Shown here: piece by piece, positions 40,159 to 52,829 of the stretch
How positions within the stretch are numbered: position 1 is the first letter of the stretch
Layout: each line of letters begins with the position of its first letter
NCBI GenBank assembly: GCA_047285535.1
Contig: JBJBDC010000001.1
Coordinates: 2,208,136-2,272,135, forward strand
DNA from: Synechococcus sp.
Lineage (GTDB): Bacteria; Cyanobacteriota; Cyanobacteriia; PCC-6307; Cyanobiaceae
DNA length: 64,000 nucleotides
Direction: 5' to 3'
The notes under the pieces: generated by a model
What the model was told of the DNA's origin: nothing
Database searches by the model: none
Seen by the model: the letters and a program-made list of their open reading frames with translations, nothing else
Program-made: the position numbers and the translations under genes

Positions 40159-41232
40159 TCAGTTGTTGATCAGACGATCAAGTTCAGCGGGTTTGCTGGC
40201 TTTGCTCTGCGCTTCATCAAGGCTGATCTCGCCCTGTTGGATCAGATCGGCAAGAGCTCTCTCCAGAGTTTGCATGCCGCGTTCGCCCCCGGTTTGAATT
40301 TGGGAATACAGCTGTGCTGTTTTGCCTTCCCGGATCAAATTGGCGATCGCTGGTGTGTTGATCATGATTTCTTGAGCCATGACGCGACCGAACTGTCCCG
40401 GGGCAGGATTTTGGCGGCGGCAGAGGGTCTGAGAGAACACTGCAGTCAGGCTTCCAGAGAGTTGAACGCGGATTTGGGTTTGTTGGCCAGGTGGGAACAC
40501 ATCCACCATCCGGTCAACGGTTTGGGCGGCAGAACTGGTGTGCAGGGTTCCGAATACCAGATGACCGGTCTCCGCGGCGCTAATGGCCAGCTGAATTGTT
40601 TCTAGATCGCGCATTTCACCCACCAAAATCACGTCTGGGTCTTCGCGTAAAGCGGCGCGAAGAGCATTGGCGAAACTGCGTGTGTCTTCGTTGAGTTGGC
40701 GTTGATGCACCAAGCTGAGATCACTTTGATAAATGAATTCGATCGGGTCCTCGATGGTGAGGATGTGTTCGGCTCGTGTGTGGTTGATGTGATCAAGAAG
40801 CGCTGCCAGCGTGGTGGTTTTGCCTGAGCCCGTGGGGCCTGTCACCAACACAAGACCACGAGGGCGTTTGCTGGTTTCCACCACCACTGGCGGCAACTTC
40901 AGACGTTCAACAGTGGGGATTTTGTTTCCCAAAGCACGTAGGCAGGCGGCATAGCTTCCTTTTTGTCGATATACATTCACGCGGAAACGGGCGACGCCTT
41001 TGAGGCCATAAGCACAATCCAGTTCCCAAGTCTGCTCCAGAGTTTTGCGCTGGCTGTTGTTGAGCATCGAAAAGATCAAACGGTTGCAGCTCTCCTCACT
41101 GAGCGCTTCTTCTTTCATGGGTCGAAGTTCACCACTAAATCGTCCGAAAGGCGGCTGTCCGCTGGCGATGTGGAGGTCGCTTCCACTTTCGTTCACCAGT
41201 TGTTCCATGAGGTCTTCGATCATTAGGTCCAT
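40159..41232 (-). CDS. pilT: Type IV pilus retraction ATPase PilT
   Basis: GSDLH, GPTGSGKTTT, TIEDPIE, LREDPD, GEMRD, AIANLIRE. Start at ATG 41232. Confidence 0.95.
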   Translation of the reverse strand: MDLMIEDLMEQLVNESGSDLHIASGQPPFGRFSGELRPMKEEALSEESCNRLIFSMLNNSQRKTLEQTWELDCAYGLKGVARFRVNVYRQKGSYAACLRALGNKIPTVERLKLPPVVVETSKRPRGLVLVTGPTGSGKTTTLAALLDHINHTRAEHILTIEDPIEFIYQSDLSLVHQRQLNEDTRSFANALRAALREDPDVILVGEMRDLETIQLAISAAETGHLVFGTLHTSSAAQTVDRMVDVFPPGQQTQIRVQLSGSLTAVFSQTLCRRQNPAPGQFGRVMAQEIMINTPAIANLIREGKTAQLYSQIQTGGERGMQTLERALADLIQQGEISLDEAQSKASKPAELDRLINN

Positions 41233-41243
41233 GCTCGGAGCTC

Positions 41244-43016
41244 TCACTGGCGTGGTGTTAGGCAATAGGGGCATTCCAGCCAACCTTCTTGCAAGCCGCC
41301 ACCACATCCTTGGCAGGTGACGGAGCTGAGGGCTCTGGCTCGTTGCTCCGATTCCAGGCCAGCATCTGTCAGCACCATCCGATCGACTTCTTCAAGAGTG
41401 GTGTGACCTTCGCGTACAAGCTCGAGGCTGTAACCAAGCAAGGTTTTCATTCCACCTTCGAGGGCTAATTGGCGAACGAGATCAGTTGTTGCACCCTTTG
41501 CCACCGATGCGGCCAAGGTTTCATTCATGCGCAGCACTTCGTACACACCGATGCGCCCCTTGTAACCGGTGCCCTGACAGGTGGGGCAAGGCTTGTTTGA
41601 TCCTTCATGGCGTTTGGCTTTGAAAAATGTGACGTCATTTTCATTGCTAGTAATGAGGCCAAATCGACCCAATTCATGGGCGTCAGGGTGATAAGGGATA
41701 CGGCAATCGTTGCAAACTCTTCGAAGCAAGCGTTGAGAAACGATGCCGAGCAAGGAAGCGCTCACCATGAAAGGTTCGATGCCCATTTCATCGAGTCGCG
41801 CGATGGCACTTGGTGCATCGTTGCAGTGCAGGGTGGTCAATACAAGGTGACCGGTTAGGGCCGCTTCAATGGCGGTTTTTGCAGTTTCCTGGTCTCGGGT
41901 CTCACCTACCAAAAGCACATCAGGGTCCTGGCGCATGAAAGCTCGAAGAGCGGTACTGAAATCGAATCCCTTTTCTCGATTGACCTGGCATTGAGTGATT
42001 CCTGGTAATGTGTATTCAATTGGATCTTCTACAGTGGAGATATTGATACCAGGTTCATTGCGCTCTGCCAACAACGAATAAAGAGTTGTCGATTTACCAG
42101 ATCCTGTAGGTCCGGTAACAAGAATCATGCCAAATGGTTTCGAACCAAGAGTTCGAACAGTTTCCAGTGTGACCGGGTTTGAAATCAGTTTGTCTAACCC
42201 CAGTTGAGTGGACTGGCTGTCGAGTAAACGCAGGCAAATCTTTTCTCCGTAGCGGCTTGGCAGGCTGTTGACACGGAAGTCGACGGTTCGTTCTTTATGC
42301 TTTCTACGGATGCGACCATCCTGTGCTTGTCTTCTTTCAGCAATATCAAGATCCGCCATAATCTTGAAGCGAGATGTGATCGCAGGAATTAATCGAGTGG
42401 GAAGTGGTTGTGTTAAATTAGTGAGAACACCATCCTTTCGCATTCTTATCTGTAACCCAGATTGCTGTGGTTCTACGTGGATGTCGCTGGCATTCATTTC
42501 CAGTGCCTTGATTAAAATCCGATCCACAAGAGTGATGATCGGAGATTGATCAGCACCGGAAAGATTGAGTGTTAGTGAGGATAGAGATTGGCTCTGTATT
42601 TCCTCTTCGTCGGGATCAGTATATAAAACACCTTCAGTATCAAATCCTTCAAGAAACGATTCAGCTGTAGTGCTAATTAATTCTTGATTGATTTCTGAGT
42701 TGGATTCGCTTGTGTGAGGATCAAGAATTCGATTTAGATGGACTGCATTGGTCAGTACAAGCTTGCAGATATAGCCATGGTTTTTTAAGGTCTGTAGAAC
42801 CTGCTCACGGCTCGCCCGCTCGCTGCTGCTTGCAATGGCAACGGTGAGGGCGTCGTTGGTGAGATGGATTGGGAGCGCCTGCAGTTGCCTCCATGTCTCA
42901 AGGTCAAGAACCTTGCCGGAATGAAGGAGCGCTTCTCCGGCTGTCAGCTCTGCTTCGGAAATCAGAGTTGCCGGCAGAGCAGGCGGTAGTGGCATTCGGG
43001 TGGGGTCGGCGCTCAT
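41244..43016 (-). CDS. pilB: Type IV pilus assembly ATPase PilB (GspE/PulE family)
   Basis: [22 protein letters not shown], internal CxxC pair and C-terminal CQGC...CPYC. Confidence 0.92.
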   Translation of the reverse strand: MSADPTRMPLPPALPATLISEAELTAGEALLHSGKVLDLETWRQLQALPIHLTNDALTVAIASSSERASREQVLQTLKNHGYICKLVLTNAVHLNRILDPHTSESNSEINQELISTTAESFLEGFDTEGVLYTDPDEEEIQSQSLSSLTLNLSGADQSPIITLVDRILIKALEMNASDIHVEPQQSGLQIRMRKDGVLTNLTQPLPTRLIPAITSRFKIMADLDIAERRQAQDGRIRRKHKERTVDFRVNSLPSRYGEKICLRLLDSQSTQLGLDKLISNPVTLETVRTLGSKPFGMILVTGPTGSGKSTTLYSLLAERNEPGINISTVEDPIEYTLPGITQCQVNREKGFDFSTALRAFMRQDPDVLLVGETRDQETAKTAIEAALTGHLVLTTLHCNDAPSAIARLDEMGIEPFMVSASLLGIVSQRLLRRVCNDCRIPYHPDAHELGRFGLITSNENDVTFFKAKRHEGSNKPCPTCQGTGYKGRIGVYEVLRMNETLAASVAKGATTDLVRQLALEGGMKTLLGYSLELVREGHTTLEEVDRMVLTDAGLESEQRARALSSVTCQGCGGGLQEGWLECPYCLTPRQ

Positions 43017-43095
43017 GCAGATTCGGCTTTCCGCGCTTGTGTTGGGTCCGTGTTACCTATCAACATGTATAGACGTGATTTTGCATCTGGTCAGC

Positions 43096-43821
43096 ATGAG
43101 CGGCGACGCTTCCATCCCGGCTAACGACTCGGCATCGGATGTACCCGAAGCCCAGCAGGACCCCACAATTTCTTTGGAGGAAGAGCCTGCGACCAACGCT
43201 CCGGAAGCGGGGGAAGAACCGGAGTCTTCTCCAATGAACAATGAGGCTCGTTTAGAACAGCTTGAGCGCGAGCACGACACACTTCGCCAAGAACATGAAA
43301 CATTGCGCAGTCAGTACGTGCGGATAGCGGCTGATTTCGATAATTTTCGCAAACGTCAGACTCGGGATCAGGACGACCTGAAGTTGCAGATCACTTGCAG
43401 CACGCTCTCCGAAATTCTGCCCGTGGTTGATAATTTTGAACGCGCTCGCCAGCAACTTGATCCACAGGGTGAAGAAGCTCAGTCGCTTCATCGCAGTTAT
43501 CAAGGTCTTTACAAGCAGCTAGTCGACGTTCTCAAGCAATTGGGTGTGGCCCCTATGCGCGTTGTTGGTCAAGAGTTTGATCCAAGCCTTCATGAAGCTG
43601 TCTTGAGGGAACCGAGTGACGAACATCGAGAGGATGTGGTGGTTGAAGAACTGCAGCGTGGTTATCACCTCAGCGGAAAGGTCTTGCGCCACGCCATGGT
43701 CAAGGTCTCGATGGGACCAGGACCACAGCAGTCAGATGGATCGACCCATGGAGCTGAGGGTGGCGATGATGCAGCGAATCAAGTGGATGAAGCCACGAAT
43801 GCCCCCGAGACGACCGAATGA
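43096..43821 (+). CDS. grpE: Nucleotide exchange factor GrpE
   Basis: [31 protein letters not shown]...VLRHAMVKV. Confidence 0.95.
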   Translation: MSGDASIPANDSASDVPEAQQDPTISLEEEPATNAPEAGEEPESSPMNNEARLEQLEREHDTLRQEHETLRSQYVRIAADFDNFRKRQTRDQDDLKLQITCSTLSEILPVVDNFERARQQLDPQGEEAQSLHRSYQGLYKQLVDVLKQLGVAPMRVVGQEFDPSLHEAVLREPSDEHREDVVVEELQRGYHLSGKVLRHAMVKVSMGPGPQQSDGSTHGAEGGDDAANQVDEATNAPETTE

Positions 43822-43863
43822 TTCAAAACTTTTCCTTAGTGTTCACGGTGGAATGACGAGCTG

Positions 43864-44997
43864 ATGGCCGATTATTACGATCTTCTTGGCGTCAGCAGGG
43901 ATGCAGATGCCGACACTTTGAAGCGTGCTTATAGGCGTTTGGCTCGCCAGTATCACCCTGATATCAATAAAGAAGCTGGCGCAGAAGATCGTTTTAAGGA
44001 AATCGGTCGCGCCTATGAGGTTCTCAGCGATCCTCAGACCCGTGGGCGATATGACCAGTTTGGCGAGGCCGGACTAGGTGGCGGTGGCATGCCCGATATG
44101 GGGGACATGGGTGGCTTTGCAGATTTATTCGAAACTTTTTTCAGTGGTTTCGGTGGTGCTGGTGCTGGTGCCGGTTCAGGTCGCCAACGCAGGCGTGGTC
44201 CTCAACAGGGGGATGACCTCCGCTATGACCTCACGATTGATTTTGAGCAGGCTGTTTTTGGCCAGGAGCGGGAGATTCGCATTCCCCATCTCGAGACCTG
44301 CACCACCTGTGGTGGCAGTGGAGCCAAAAAAGGCAGCGGTCCCACTACCTGCACTACTTGTGGAGGAGTCGGGCAGGTGCGTCGCGCGACCCGCACTCCG
44401 TTCGGAAATTTCACGCAGGTGGCTGAATGCCCCAATTGTGATGGAACTGGCCAGGTCATTGCCGACCCTTGTAGTTCCTGTGGTGGTCAAGGGGTAACGC
44501 AATTACGCAAGAAATTGCGGATCAACATTCCAGCTGGTGTGGATACCGGGACCCGTTTGCGGGTTGCTGGTGAAGGGAATGCTGGTTTGCGTGGTGGTCC
44601 AGCTGGAGATTTGTACGTTTTTCTCACAGTTAAATCACATCCGAGCCTGAAGCGTGATGGCCTCACTGTGCTTTCGGAAGTGAAGGTGAGTTACCTACAA
44701 GCGATCCTCGGCGACACCATTGAAGTTGAGACAGTAGATGGACCTCAGTCTTTGGAGATTCCCGCCGGAACCCAACCGAATGCGGTTTTATCTCTAGAAA
44801 ACAAGGGTATCCCCAAGCTGGGGAATCCAGTCGCTCGCGGTCACCATCGCATTGCTGTCACTGTGACATTGCCGTCGCGTCTCAATGATCAGGAACGCGG
44901 TCTTCTAGAGGAGTTAGCTGGTCATCATTCAGCACGGGGTGAGCAGCACCATCACCATAAAAGTGGTTTGTTTTCCCGTTTATTTGGTCAACGCTGA
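43864..44997 (+). CDS. dnaJ: Chaperone DnaJ
   Basis: J-domain HPD, G/F region, four CxxCxGxG motifs. Confidence 0.97.
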   Translation: MADYYDLLGVSRDADADTLKRAYRRLARQYHPDINKEAGAEDRFKEIGRAYEVLSDPQTRGRYDQFGEAGLGGGGMPDMGDMGGFADLFETFFSGFGGAGAGAGSGRQRRRGPQQGDDLRYDLTIDFEQAVFGQEREIRIPHLETCTTCGGSGAKKGSGPTTCTTCGGVGQVRRATRTPFGNFTQVAECPNCDGTGQVIADPCSSCGGQGVTQLRKKLRINIPAGVDTGTRLRVAGEGNAGLRGGPAGDLYVFLTVKSHPSLKRDGLTVLSEVKVSYLQAILGDTIEVETVDGPQSLEIPAGTQPNAVLSLENKGIPKLGNPVARGHHRIAVTVTLPSRLNDQERGLLEELAGHHSARGEQHHHHKSGLFSRLFGQR

Positions 44998-45000
44998 GGG

Positions 45001-45243
45001 ATGAGTGATGCCCAGTTCGATCGCAATCTGGATTTAAGAGGCACCCCCTGTCCAACAAATTTTATTCGGTGTCGTCTGGCTTTAGAAGCTATGAATCCAG
45101 GACAACGTTTTCAAGTTGATCTGGATCGGGGTGAACCTGAGGAGATGGTGATTCCAGGGTTGGCTCGGGATGGCCATGAAGTGGTGGTGGTTCTCGAAGC
45201 TAAGGATTGGGTCCGTCTTCAGGTGGTCCGTGGCGGAGCTTAA
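45001..45243 (+). CDS. TusA/SirA-like sulfur carrier
   Basis: LDLRGTPCP motif; 80 aa. Confidence 0.85.
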   Translation: MSDAQFDRNLDLRGTPCPTNFIRCRLALEAMNPGQRFQVDLDRGEPEEMVIPGLARDGHEVVVVLEAKDWVRLQVVRGGA

Positions 45244-46144
45244 TCAGTCGGCTCAGTCCGGCATGGTTGTTGCGCTTCAGGCCAATTATCTGGAGGTGGA
45301 GTTAGATCAGGTTCTCGGGTCGATGCCTTCACGGCTGCTGTGCACTCGTCGAACTCGATTGAGTCATCGCGGGGTGGCTGTTTACGTGGGTGATCGCGTG
45401 TGGGTGGAAGCGATTGATGTCAATAATGCCCGCGCTGTGGTGGTCAGTATCGAATCTCGCACCAGTTTTTTGATACGCCCCCCTGTCGCCAATGCCGTCA
45501 CGGTTGTGGTGGTACTGGCTGTGGATCAGCCAGCTTTTGATCCCGACCAGGCCAGTCGTTTTTTGCTGACAGCAGAACAAACGAGTCTGGCCGTGCAACT
45601 CGTGCTGACAAAATCCGACCTCCTTGAGCCGGTGGCCCTGGAACGCTTGTACCTGCGCCTTCAGGCCTGGGGATATAACCCTTTGATGGTTTCGACGCGT
45701 AGTGGCCTTGGACTCTCTCTGTTGAGACAAACACTCGCTGGATCTTCTCTTTCTGTTCTTTGTGGGCCCTCAGGCGTTGGGAAGAGCTCATTGCTGAATG
45801 CCTTGATTCCAGAACTCGACTTGCGGGTGAACGCCGTTTCAGGGCGGCTGCAGCGTGGACGTCACACAACCCGCCATGTGGAGTTGCATCGCTTGGAGGG
45901 TGACGCTCGAGTTGCCGATACGCCAGGTTTTAACCGGCCTGACTTGCCAAATGACCCTAGGAATCTTGAGGTCTTGTTTCCAGAATTGCGTTCTCAGCTG
46001 GAGCATCATCCCTGCAGGTTTAGGGATTGTTTGCACCGCGATGAACCTGGATGCGGAGTGACTCGTGAATGGGAGAGATACCCGATCTACAGGCGAGCTG
46101 TGGAGGATTTGTTGGGTCTCACCCGCCCATCCCAGGGAGGTTGA
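45230..46144 (+). CDS. rsgA: Ribosome small subunit-dependent GTPase A
   Basis: Circularly permuted TKSD...GPSGVGKSS...GRHTT...[18 protein letters not shown]. Confidence 0.94.
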   Translation: MAELNQSAQSGMVVALQANYLEVELDQVLGSMPSRLLCTRRTRLSHRGVAVYVGDRVWVEAIDVNNARAVVVSIESRTSFLIRPPVANAVTVVVVLAVDQPAFDPDQASRFLLTAEQTSLAVQLVLTKSDLLEPVALERLYLRLQAWGYNPLMVSTRSGLGLSLLRQTLAGSSLSVLCGPSGVGKSSLLNALIPELDLRVNAVSGRLQRGRHTTRHVELHRLEGDARVADTPGFNRPDLPNDPRNLEVLFPELRSQLEHHPCRFRDCLHRDEPGCGVTREWERYPIYRRAVEDLLGLTRPSQGG

Positions 46145-46460
46145 GATTGAGGCCGCCGGTGAGTTCTTCCATTCTTTCTTTCATCGTGGTGGTGGAGCGT
46201 TCGTAAGCTGATTGCAATGCAGCGAATGTGGCGGCTTCTGTTGCCTCCTGTCCTTCACTGATCAGGGATGGATCTAGTTGAACCCGCAGAGGTTGTTGAT
46301 TGCCTGATAACCAAATACTGGCTCGGCCATCCTCACTCTTTCCCTCGATTTCCATGGAATCGAGTTCTTCTTGGAGTTTTTGCGCATCTTGCTGGATTTG
46401 CTGAGCCTTTCGGAAAGCCTCCGTGAGCTGTCCAAAATTGGGAAGTCCAAACCCTGCCAT
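46119..46460 (-). CDS. YbaB/EbfC nucleoid-associated protein
   Basis: [23 protein letters not shown]...MEELTGGL. Confidence 0.88.
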   Translation of the reverse strand: MAGFGLPNFGQLTEAFRKAQQIQQDAQKLQEELDSMEIEGKSEDGRASIWLSGNQQPLRVQLDPSLISEGQEATEAATFAALQSAYERSTTTMKERMEELTGGLNLNLPGMGG

Positions 46461-46484
46461 GAAACCAGTGAAGTGACGCGAAGG

Positions 46485-47423
46485 CTAATCGGTCGTTTGG
46501 AAGCCCAGGCGTTTCACTTCAGGATGCAATGTGATGCCATGAACTCGATTCACTTCGTTCCGCACTAGATCGATCAAGTTGCGGATGTCATCGGCAGTGG
46601 CACCGCCAACGTTGACAATGAAATTGGCATGCACTGGAGAGATTTCGGCCCCTCCAATTCGTCGTCCTTTGAGCCCTAAATCTTCGATGAGTCGACCAGC
46701 TTTCTCAGGTTCTGGATTGCGGAATACGCTTCCGCAGCTTGGCCATTGATAAGGCTGGGTGGTGATGCGGTGATTCAGGTTGCCACTGGTTGTCTGTGTC
46801 AAATCCTTGGCATCATGGCCTGGCTCTAATTGGAAATGAGCCGCCATCACCAATCGTTTGCTGCCCTGAAGATCGCTGTGCCGATAGTCGTAGGCAAGAT
46901 CCGAATTGTGAAGGGTTGTTGTGGTCTTCCAAGTCTCGGGTAGAGATAAATCGATCACGTCGACTGAGGCCAAACATTCGGCGGTGCAGCCACCCTGAGC
47001 TCCGGCGTTCATGACTGCGGCTCCACCCACGGTTCCAGGGATGCCAACGGCCCATTCGAGCCCATGTAATCCATTTCTTGCAGCACGTCGGGCGAGAGTT
47101 GGGAGTGGTTCACCTGCCCAAGCCTTCACGAGTCCTGATTCTGCATCCAATTCGCTGCCCTGGAGGCGGCGCATGCATAAGGTGAGGCCCGGGAGTCCAG
47201 CATCAGCAATCAGCAGGTTCGATCCGGCTCCAATGACTCGGGTGGAGAGACCTTCTTGCTGGGCCCATTCAACAAGGCAGAGACACTGTGCCAGATCGTT
47301 TGGCTCTGCCAACCATTGAGCGGGACCGCCCACACGCCAAGTGGTGTAATTCGCGAGGGAAACCTGTTGCTGAAGAACTCCAGACTCAACAAGGGTTTTT
47401 AGGCTGCTATCGCCGATGAACAT
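46485..47423 (-). CDS. murB: UDP-N-acetylenolpyruvoylglucosamine reductase
   Basis: [42 protein letters not shown]. Confidence 0.95.
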   Translation of the reverse strand: MFIGDSSLKTLVESGVLQQQVSLANYTTWRVGGPAQWLAEPNDLAQCLCLVEWAQQEGLSTRVIGAGSNLLIADAGLPGLTLCMRRLQGSELDAESGLVKAWAGEPLPTLARRAARNGLHGLEWAVGIPGTVGGAAVMNAGAQGGCTAECLASVDVIDLSLPETWKTTTTLHNSDLAYDYRHSDLQGSKRLVMAAHFQLEPGHDAKDLTQTTSGNLNHRITTQPYQWPSCGSVFRNPEPEKAGRLIEDLGLKGRRIGGAEISPVHANFIVNVGGATADDIRNLIDLVRNEVNRVHGITLHPEVKRLGFQTTD

Positions 47424-48850
47424 GACGCTTCTCCTTCAATTCCCTTCTTTGACAAGCGGTCCCAGAGGCTATTCACATCACCAGCACCCATGGCCAAAAT
47501 TAAGTCACCTGATTGACTGTGATTTTTTACCAGATCTGTGAGTTCTTCCATATTTTGAGCCACAAAGACAGGCCGATTGGGATCAATCTGGTGGATGGTG
47601 CGAGCAAGCAGTTCACTACTGATACCTGGGATGGGTTGTTCCCCTGCGCCATAAACCGGTGCCAGAACAAGTGAGTCGGCAGTCAAGAGTGCTTGGGCAA
47701 AGGCATTGAGAAATTCTTGTGTACGGCTGAACCTGTGTGGTTGGAAAACAGCTAAAAGGCGTTTCGGCGTGCGAGGTAGAGGACTGCGTTGACTCTGCAC
47801 CATCAGCTGGGCCATGGTCAGAGTTGCATTCACTTCGCTGGGGTGATGGGCGTAGTCATCGACGACTTGTCGGCCTTGCCACTCTCCTCGAAAATCGAAG
47901 CGTCGTCCTGGTGAACGCAGTTCAGCAACGGCGGAAAGAAGGTGAACCCATGGAACACCTTCCATTCGGCAAGCAGCCAAAGCTGCCACAACGTTGCTGA
48001 GGTTGTGAAGGCCAGGCAGTGGAATCGTGATTCGACCAACCTTTTGCCCTTTTTCGTAAAGGTCGGCCATGGTGCGATCACCATCGAGGTGTATGGGCAA
48101 AGCGGCGTAATCCACGTCCTCGAAATGGCGGACAGACCAACGGGCATCGGCCTGAAAATGTGCTTTGAGAATGGGATCGTCGTGATTGATAAGCAAGCGT
48201 TTGCAGCCATGGCCAAAGGTCTGCATCGTTTTGATTAAGTCTTCGAGATTGCGGTAATGGTCTGTATGGTCAAGTTCAAGGTTGGTGATGATCCCAAGAC
48301 TGGCTTTGAACTTCACCAGTGATCCATCGGATTCATCCGCCTCTGCGACTAGCAGACGACCAGTGCCGGTATGACCGTTGCTTCCATAACAGGGGACGAC
48401 ACCACCTATGACAGCTGTTGGATCTTCGCCGAGAGTGGCTAAGAGGGTTGTCAGAACTGTGCTCGTAGTGGTTTTCCCATGGCTACCTGCAACAGCTATG
48501 GCTGGTTGATTTTTAATCAACCAAGCCAGAAGGTCGGAACGATGCCAAATCGTTAAGTTCAAGCGCCGCGCTTCGATGAGCTCCGGATTGGTTGCAGGAA
48601 TGGCAGTGCTGACCACTACCAATGGATCCTCGACGCCTCGAGACGCAAGTTTGGTCAGATTGGTGGCTTCCTGACACTCAAAGACGATGAGTGCTTTGTT
48701 TTGGAGGGCCTGCATTGCAGGTGTGAGTTTGCGGTCAGAACCACTCACAGAGTTGCCACGTTCAGCCAATATGAGAGCGAGAGCTGACATTCCTATGCCT
48801 CCCATCCCAATGAAGTGAATGTGCTTCTGGGGGTGGAGCAAATCGGCCAA
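47399..48850 (-). CDS. murC: UDP-N-acetylmuramate--L-alanine ligase
   Basis: [37 protein letters not shown]. Confidence 0.96.
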   Translation of the reverse strand: MADLLHPQKHIHFIGMGGIGMSALALILAERGNSVSGSDRKLTPAMQALQNKALIVFECQEATNLTKLASRGVEDPLVVVSTAIPATNPELIEARRLNLTIWHRSDLLAWLIKNQPAIAVAGSHGKTTTSTVLTTLLATLGEDPTAVIGGVVPCYGSNGHTGTGRLLVAEADESDGSLVKFKASLGIITNLELDHTDHYRNLEDLIKTMQTFGHGCKRLLINHDDPILKAHFQADARWSVRHFEDVDYAALPIHLDGDRTMADLYEKGQKVGRITIPLPGLHNLSNVVAALAACRMEGVPWVHLLSAVAELRSPGRRFDFRGEWQGRQVVDDYAHHPSEVNATLTMAQLMVQSQRSPLPRTPKRLLAVFQPHRFSRTQEFLNAFAQALLTADSLVLAPVYGAGEQPIPGISSELLARTIHQIDPNRPVFVAQNMEELTDLVKNHSQSGDLILAMGAGDVNSLWDRLSKKGIEGEASCSSAIAA

Positions 48851-49013
48851 GACGAGACAACAGAATGAACAACGATAAGTCAGATTTCGTTGTGGTCACC
48901 TGCTTTCACTGAGCCAGAGTTGATTTTGAATTTTTAATAGAGGGAAATTCCCGATAACTTCTGTATGATCGCGGGCCAAAACCTCTACGCGGTTAAACCG
49001 CTTAACTCCTGCC

Positions 49014-50039
49014 ATGACCCTGCGCGTTGCCATCAATGGATTCGGCCGAATTGGTCGCAATGTGTTGCGGGGTTGGATCAGCCGCGGAGCTGACACAGGT
49101 CTGGAAATCGTCGGTATGAACTCCACTTCCGATCCCAAGACCAGTGCTCACCTGTTGACCTATGACTCCATTTTGGGTCGCCTGGATCCATCGGTGGATA
49201 TCAAAACCACCGATGAGTCCATGTTCATCAATGGCAAGGAAATCAAGTTCTTTGCCGATCGCAATCCTCTCAACTGCCCTTGGAAAGATTGGGGTGTTGA
49301 TCTGGTGATCGAATCAACCGGTGTCTTTAATACCGATGAGAAGGCCAGCATGCACATCAAGGCTGGTGCCAAGAAGGTCATCCTCACTGCTCCTGGTAAG
49401 GGCGCTGGTGTCGGAACATTCGTGGTTGGAGTGAATGACGACCAATATCGCCATGAGGATTGGGACATCCTCAGTAACGCCAGCTGCACCACCAATTGCT
49501 TGGCTCCAATTGTCAAAGTTCTAGATCAGAACTTTGGAATGGAATGGGGTTTGATGACCACCATTCATAGCTATACCGGTGACCAGAGAATTCTCGACAA
49601 CAGCCACCGTGATCTCCGCCGCGCACGAGCAGCAGCCTTGAATATGGTTCCTACCACCACCGGGGCAGCCAAGGCTGTTGCGTTGGTGTATCCCGAAGTC
49701 AAAGGCAAGCTCACCGGTTTCGCGATGCGGGTTCCGACTCCAAATGTGTCAGCTGTTGATCTGACTTTTGGAACTTCAAAAGCCCCAAGCGTTGATGATG
49801 TGAAAGCCGTGATGAAGAGTGCTTCTGAGAACGGCATGAAGGGAATCATCAAGTACAGCGATTTGCCGCTCGTCTCGACCGACTACGCCGGTACGAACGA
49901 GTCGACCATCTTTGATGCTGATCTCACTTATGCGATGGGTGATAAGGCAGTGAAAATCCTGGCTTGGTACGACAATGAGTGGGGCTATAGCCAGCGTGTT
50001 GTTGATTTGGCTGAGGTTGTTGCTAAGGGTTGGAAGTGA
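49014..50039 (+). CDS. gap2: Glyceraldehyde-3-phosphate dehydrogenase (cyanobacterial Gap2-type)
   Basis: [39 protein letters not shown]. Confidence 0.93.
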   Translation: MTLRVAINGFGRIGRNVLRGWISRGADTGLEIVGMNSTSDPKTSAHLLTYDSILGRLDPSVDIKTTDESMFINGKEIKFFADRNPLNCPWKDWGVDLVIESTGVFNTDEKASMHIKAGAKKVILTAPGKGAGVGTFVVGVNDDQYRHEDWDILSNASCTTNCLAPIVKVLDQNFGMEWGLMTTIHSYTGDQRILDNSHRDLRRARAAALNMVPTTTGAAKAVALVYPEVKGKLTGFAMRVPTPNVSAVDLTFGTSKAPSVDDVKAVMKSASENGMKGIIKYSDLPLVSTDYAGTNESTIFDADLTYAMGDKAVKILAWYDNEWGYSQRVVDLAEVVAKGWK

Positions 50040-50069
50040 TCCTTGGTTAGGCGGATGCAATGATTTTTT

Positions 50070-50095
50070 GCCCTCTCGACAGAGAGGGCTTTTTT
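50070..50095 (+). terminator. Rho-independent terminator after gap
   Basis: GCCCTCTC-GACA-GAGAGGGC hairpin followed by T6. Confidence 0.88.
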
Positions 50096-50124
50096 GCTTC
50101 TGTTTTGGCTTTATTCCTCTGCCT

Positions 50125-51117
50125 TCATTGTGTTGGTCTGTGGTAATGAGAGAACCCTGATAGTGGAATCCGAGTTCCGTCGTCTTTCCAGATGATCTTT
50201 CCTTTGTTGGCGGTGATGGCACCGAAGCAGCGACTGCCAGGTTGATGTTGTGTCCAGGTTTCTGCCCATTCAGGTGGAAGACTCAGTACCAGCTCGAAGT
50301 CTTCTCCTCCAGATAGGCACCAGCTGTCCCAAGCGCTTTCGGCTGGCCAGGTTGCTGCGCGAGGGAGGTCATCTCTTCGCAAAGTAGCTCCGCAGCTACT
50401 ACTTCGGCATAGGCCTTCCACTGCAGCAAGCAGCCCATCGCTGCTATCGGTGCCAGCAGCTCTCCAGGGAAGTCCTTTGGGTTTGCAGGCAAGAAGTGTT
50501 TGTAAGGCGTCAAATCTTGGAGATGGTCGCTGGTGGCATCGAATCGCTTGCTCTTTCAGAGTTCTTGGTAGTGGGAGTGACGTGGGTAGCGGTGTTCCTT
50601 GTAGCAGTGCTAATCCGAGGCGGCTCAGTCCATGGGGGCCGCTACTCATCAGCAGATCTCCAGGCCTGGCCGCCGCACGATGCAGTCGCAGTGAGCCGAG
50701 TCGTGCAAAAGCAGTGATCGAAAGGATCCGTTGGCTGCCATTGCTGCAGTCACCGCCGAGGAGAGTGCCACCAAAATTCTCCAGAGCTTCGGTGATGCCT
50801 TGATAAACCTCTTCGACCCAGCACCATGCAGTGTTGCCGGGAGCCACAAGTCCCACCGTGATTCCCTCCACCTGTTCGGAGCCGCTGGCGGCAAGGTCAG
50901 ACAGGTTGGCGACCACAGCACGCCAACCCACATCGGCAGCTGACGTTGTGACATTGCTGAAATGAACACCCTCTACAAAGATGTCGGTGTTCACCAGCAG
51001 TGACCTGGGATCAGGCGGTAGTAAGGCAGTATCATCATTCAGCTGACCTGGAGGTGCAAAGCTGGCCAGACGGTCAATCAGCTCTGCTTCTCCTAAGTCG
51101 TCCAGCGTGATGTTCAC
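50125..51117 (-). CDS. thiL: Thiamine-monophosphate kinase
   Basis: GEAELI, DDTA, EGVHF, NLSDLAA, GGD, DSSDGL, GGEDFEL. Confidence 0.93.
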   Translation of the reverse strand: MNITLDDLGEAELIDRLASFAPPGQLNDDTALLPPDPRSLLVNTDIFVEGVHFSNVTTSAADVGWRAVVANLSDLAASGSEQVEGITVGLVAPGNTAWCWVEEVYQGITEALENFGGTLLGGDCSNGSQRILSITAFARLGSLRLHRAAARPGDLLMSSGPHGLSRLGLALLQGTPLPTSLPLPRTLKEQAIRCHQRPSPRFDALQTLLACKPKGLPWRAAGTDSSDGLLAAVEGLCRSSSCGATLRRDDLPRAATWPAESAWDSWCLSGGEDFELVLSLPPEWAETWTQHQPGSRCFGAITANKGKIIWKDDGTRIPLSGFSHYHRPTQ

Positions 51118-51124
51118 TGCAGCC

Positions 51125-52198
51125 TCATGCGTGATCCTGAAGTCGATCGGCGCCTTCGATCACCTTGATGCGTTTGATGTCGTCATCAACGCCAAGCTCT
51201 TCAAGGACATCGAAGCCATCAATCACGTAGCCGAAGGCAGCGTTACGCCCATCCACGAGGTTCAGGCCAGCAGGTGTGAGTTCTGCTTCATATAAGAACA
51301 GGAAGAATTGCGACGATCCATCGTCGAGGGCTTGGTTTGAATGAGCCCAACCCAGCGTCCCAAGGGTGGAGAACGGAAGGACGGGTGTCGCTTTGAAAAG
51401 ACCAACGTCTTCAAAGGTTTCGTTGTAGAGGGTGTCACTTTCGCCAGGCACGCGAATCTCTAGAGGAACGTGTCGCTCTTGTTTAGTCTTTGGGTCCACG
51501 TAGCCGATGTCAGGACCCTTCGGATCTCCGGTCTGAAGGATGTAGAAATCTTCAGCTCGGGTAAAAGGAAGACCGTCATAGAAGCCCTTCAGGCTGAGAT
51601 CGATGAAAGCTCCCGCTGTCAGCGGGGCGTTGTAGCCGTCCACAACAGCTGTGAGATTGCCCTGCGTTGTTTCAATCACCACGGTGGCCCGTCCAGCTAG
51701 TCGTGGCAGTGCATCGAATTCGGATGGGATATCAGGAAGACGATCGTTGATGAGGAGTGTTTCCAGATCACCAACCCGGTTCAGCGTTTCGCGTCGGATC
51801 TGGATGAATCCAGCTTTGTCGTTGGCCTCAGCCTTTTCTTGTAGTTGGACCAGGTCAGTGCTGACCTGGTCCAGGAGAAGCTCAGCTGTGCTGCGTTGAT
51901 CCTCAGGAGTGGCATCAATGATGGTGTTACTTCTTGTGGCCACCAGCGCTTGGGCACGGCCCACATTGCGTGCCAACGCATTCCAGCGCTTGGCTCGCAG
52001 GTCATTACTGGTGGACTCGAGTCGATGTTGAAGTTCTCTTAGATCCTGTTGATTCATGGGCAATGAATCGCGCAGGATCGCTGCAGGATCTTGTACGGCA
52101 TTGCCTTGGGGCAGGCCTGCCCACGCCGGTTGGGTGAACCAGAGGCCAAAGGCGGCGAGCCAGGCAATAAGCAGAGCTGTCAGACGGCGGTAAGCCAA
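51125..52198 (-). CDS. Cyclophilin-type peptidyl-prolyl isomerase (CYP38/TLP40-like, exported)
   Basis: Signal ending in AWA, helical N-domain, [23 protein letters not shown]. Confidence 0.88.
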   Translation of the reverse strand: MAYRRLTALLIAWLAAFGLWFTQPAWAGLPQGNAVQDPAAILRDSLPMNQQDLRELQHRLESTSNDLRAKRWNALARNVGRAQALVATRSNTIIDATPEDQRSTAELLLDQVSTDLVQLQEKAEANDKAGFIQIRRETLNRVGDLETLLINDRLPDIPSEFDALPRLAGRATVVIETTQGNLTAVVDGYNAPLTAGAFIDLSLKGFYDGLPFTRAEDFYILQTGDPKGPDIGYVDPKTKQERHVPLEIRVPGESDTLYNETFEDVGLFKATPVLPFSTLGTLGWAHSNQALDDGSSQFFLFLYEAELTPAGLNLVDGRNAAFGYVIDGFDVLEELGVDDDIKRIKVIEGADRLQDHA

Positions 52199-52263
52199 GG
52201 AGAACCCTAGGTGCTGTCAGGACTTTGGCACAGCCGTATGATCCACTGAACCGTTCAGCGGGA

Positions 52264-52827
52264 ATGATCTCCAGCAACGACTTTCGCACCGGCACCACGA
52301 TCGAGCTCGACGGTGCTGTCTGGCGCGTAGTTGAGTTTCTGCACGTCAAGCCGGGCAAGGGATCTGCATTCGTGCGTACCAAGCTCAAGGCCGTTCAAAG
52401 CGGAAGTGTTGTGGAGAAAACTTTCCGAGCTGGAGAGATGCTGCAACAGGCTCTGCTGGAAAAGTCGACCCTTCAACACACGTATATGGATGGTGAAGAC
52501 TTTGTCTTTATGGACATGTCCTCCTATGAAGAGACTCGCCTCACGGCCAAGCAGATCGGAGAGAGTCGCAAATATCTCAAAGAGGGTATGGAGGTCAACG
52601 TTGTGACTTGGAACGAGAAGCCTTTGGAGGTCGAGTTGCCCAATTCGGTTGTTCTCGAGATTGCGGAGACCGATCCTGGAGTGAAGGGTGATACTGCCAC
52701 CGGAGGGACCAAGCCTGCGATCTTGGAAACAGGTGCCCAAGTGATGGTTCCCCTGTTTTTATCTATTGGAGAAAAAATAAAGGTTGATACTCGCAATGAC
52801 ACCTATTTGGGACGGGAGAACGGTTAA
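52264..52827 (+). CDS. efp: Elongation factor P
   Basis: [25 protein letters not shown]. Confidence 0.97.
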   Translation: MISSNDFRTGTTIELDGAVWRVVEFLHVKPGKGSAFVRTKLKAVQSGSVVEKTFRAGEMLQQALLEKSTLQHTYMDGEDFVFMDMSSYEETRLTAKQIGESRKYLKEGMEVNVVTWNEKPLEVELPNSVVLEIAETDPGVKGDTATGGTKPAILETGAQVMVPLFLSIGEKIKVDTRNDTYLGRENG

Positions 52828-52829
52828 TC

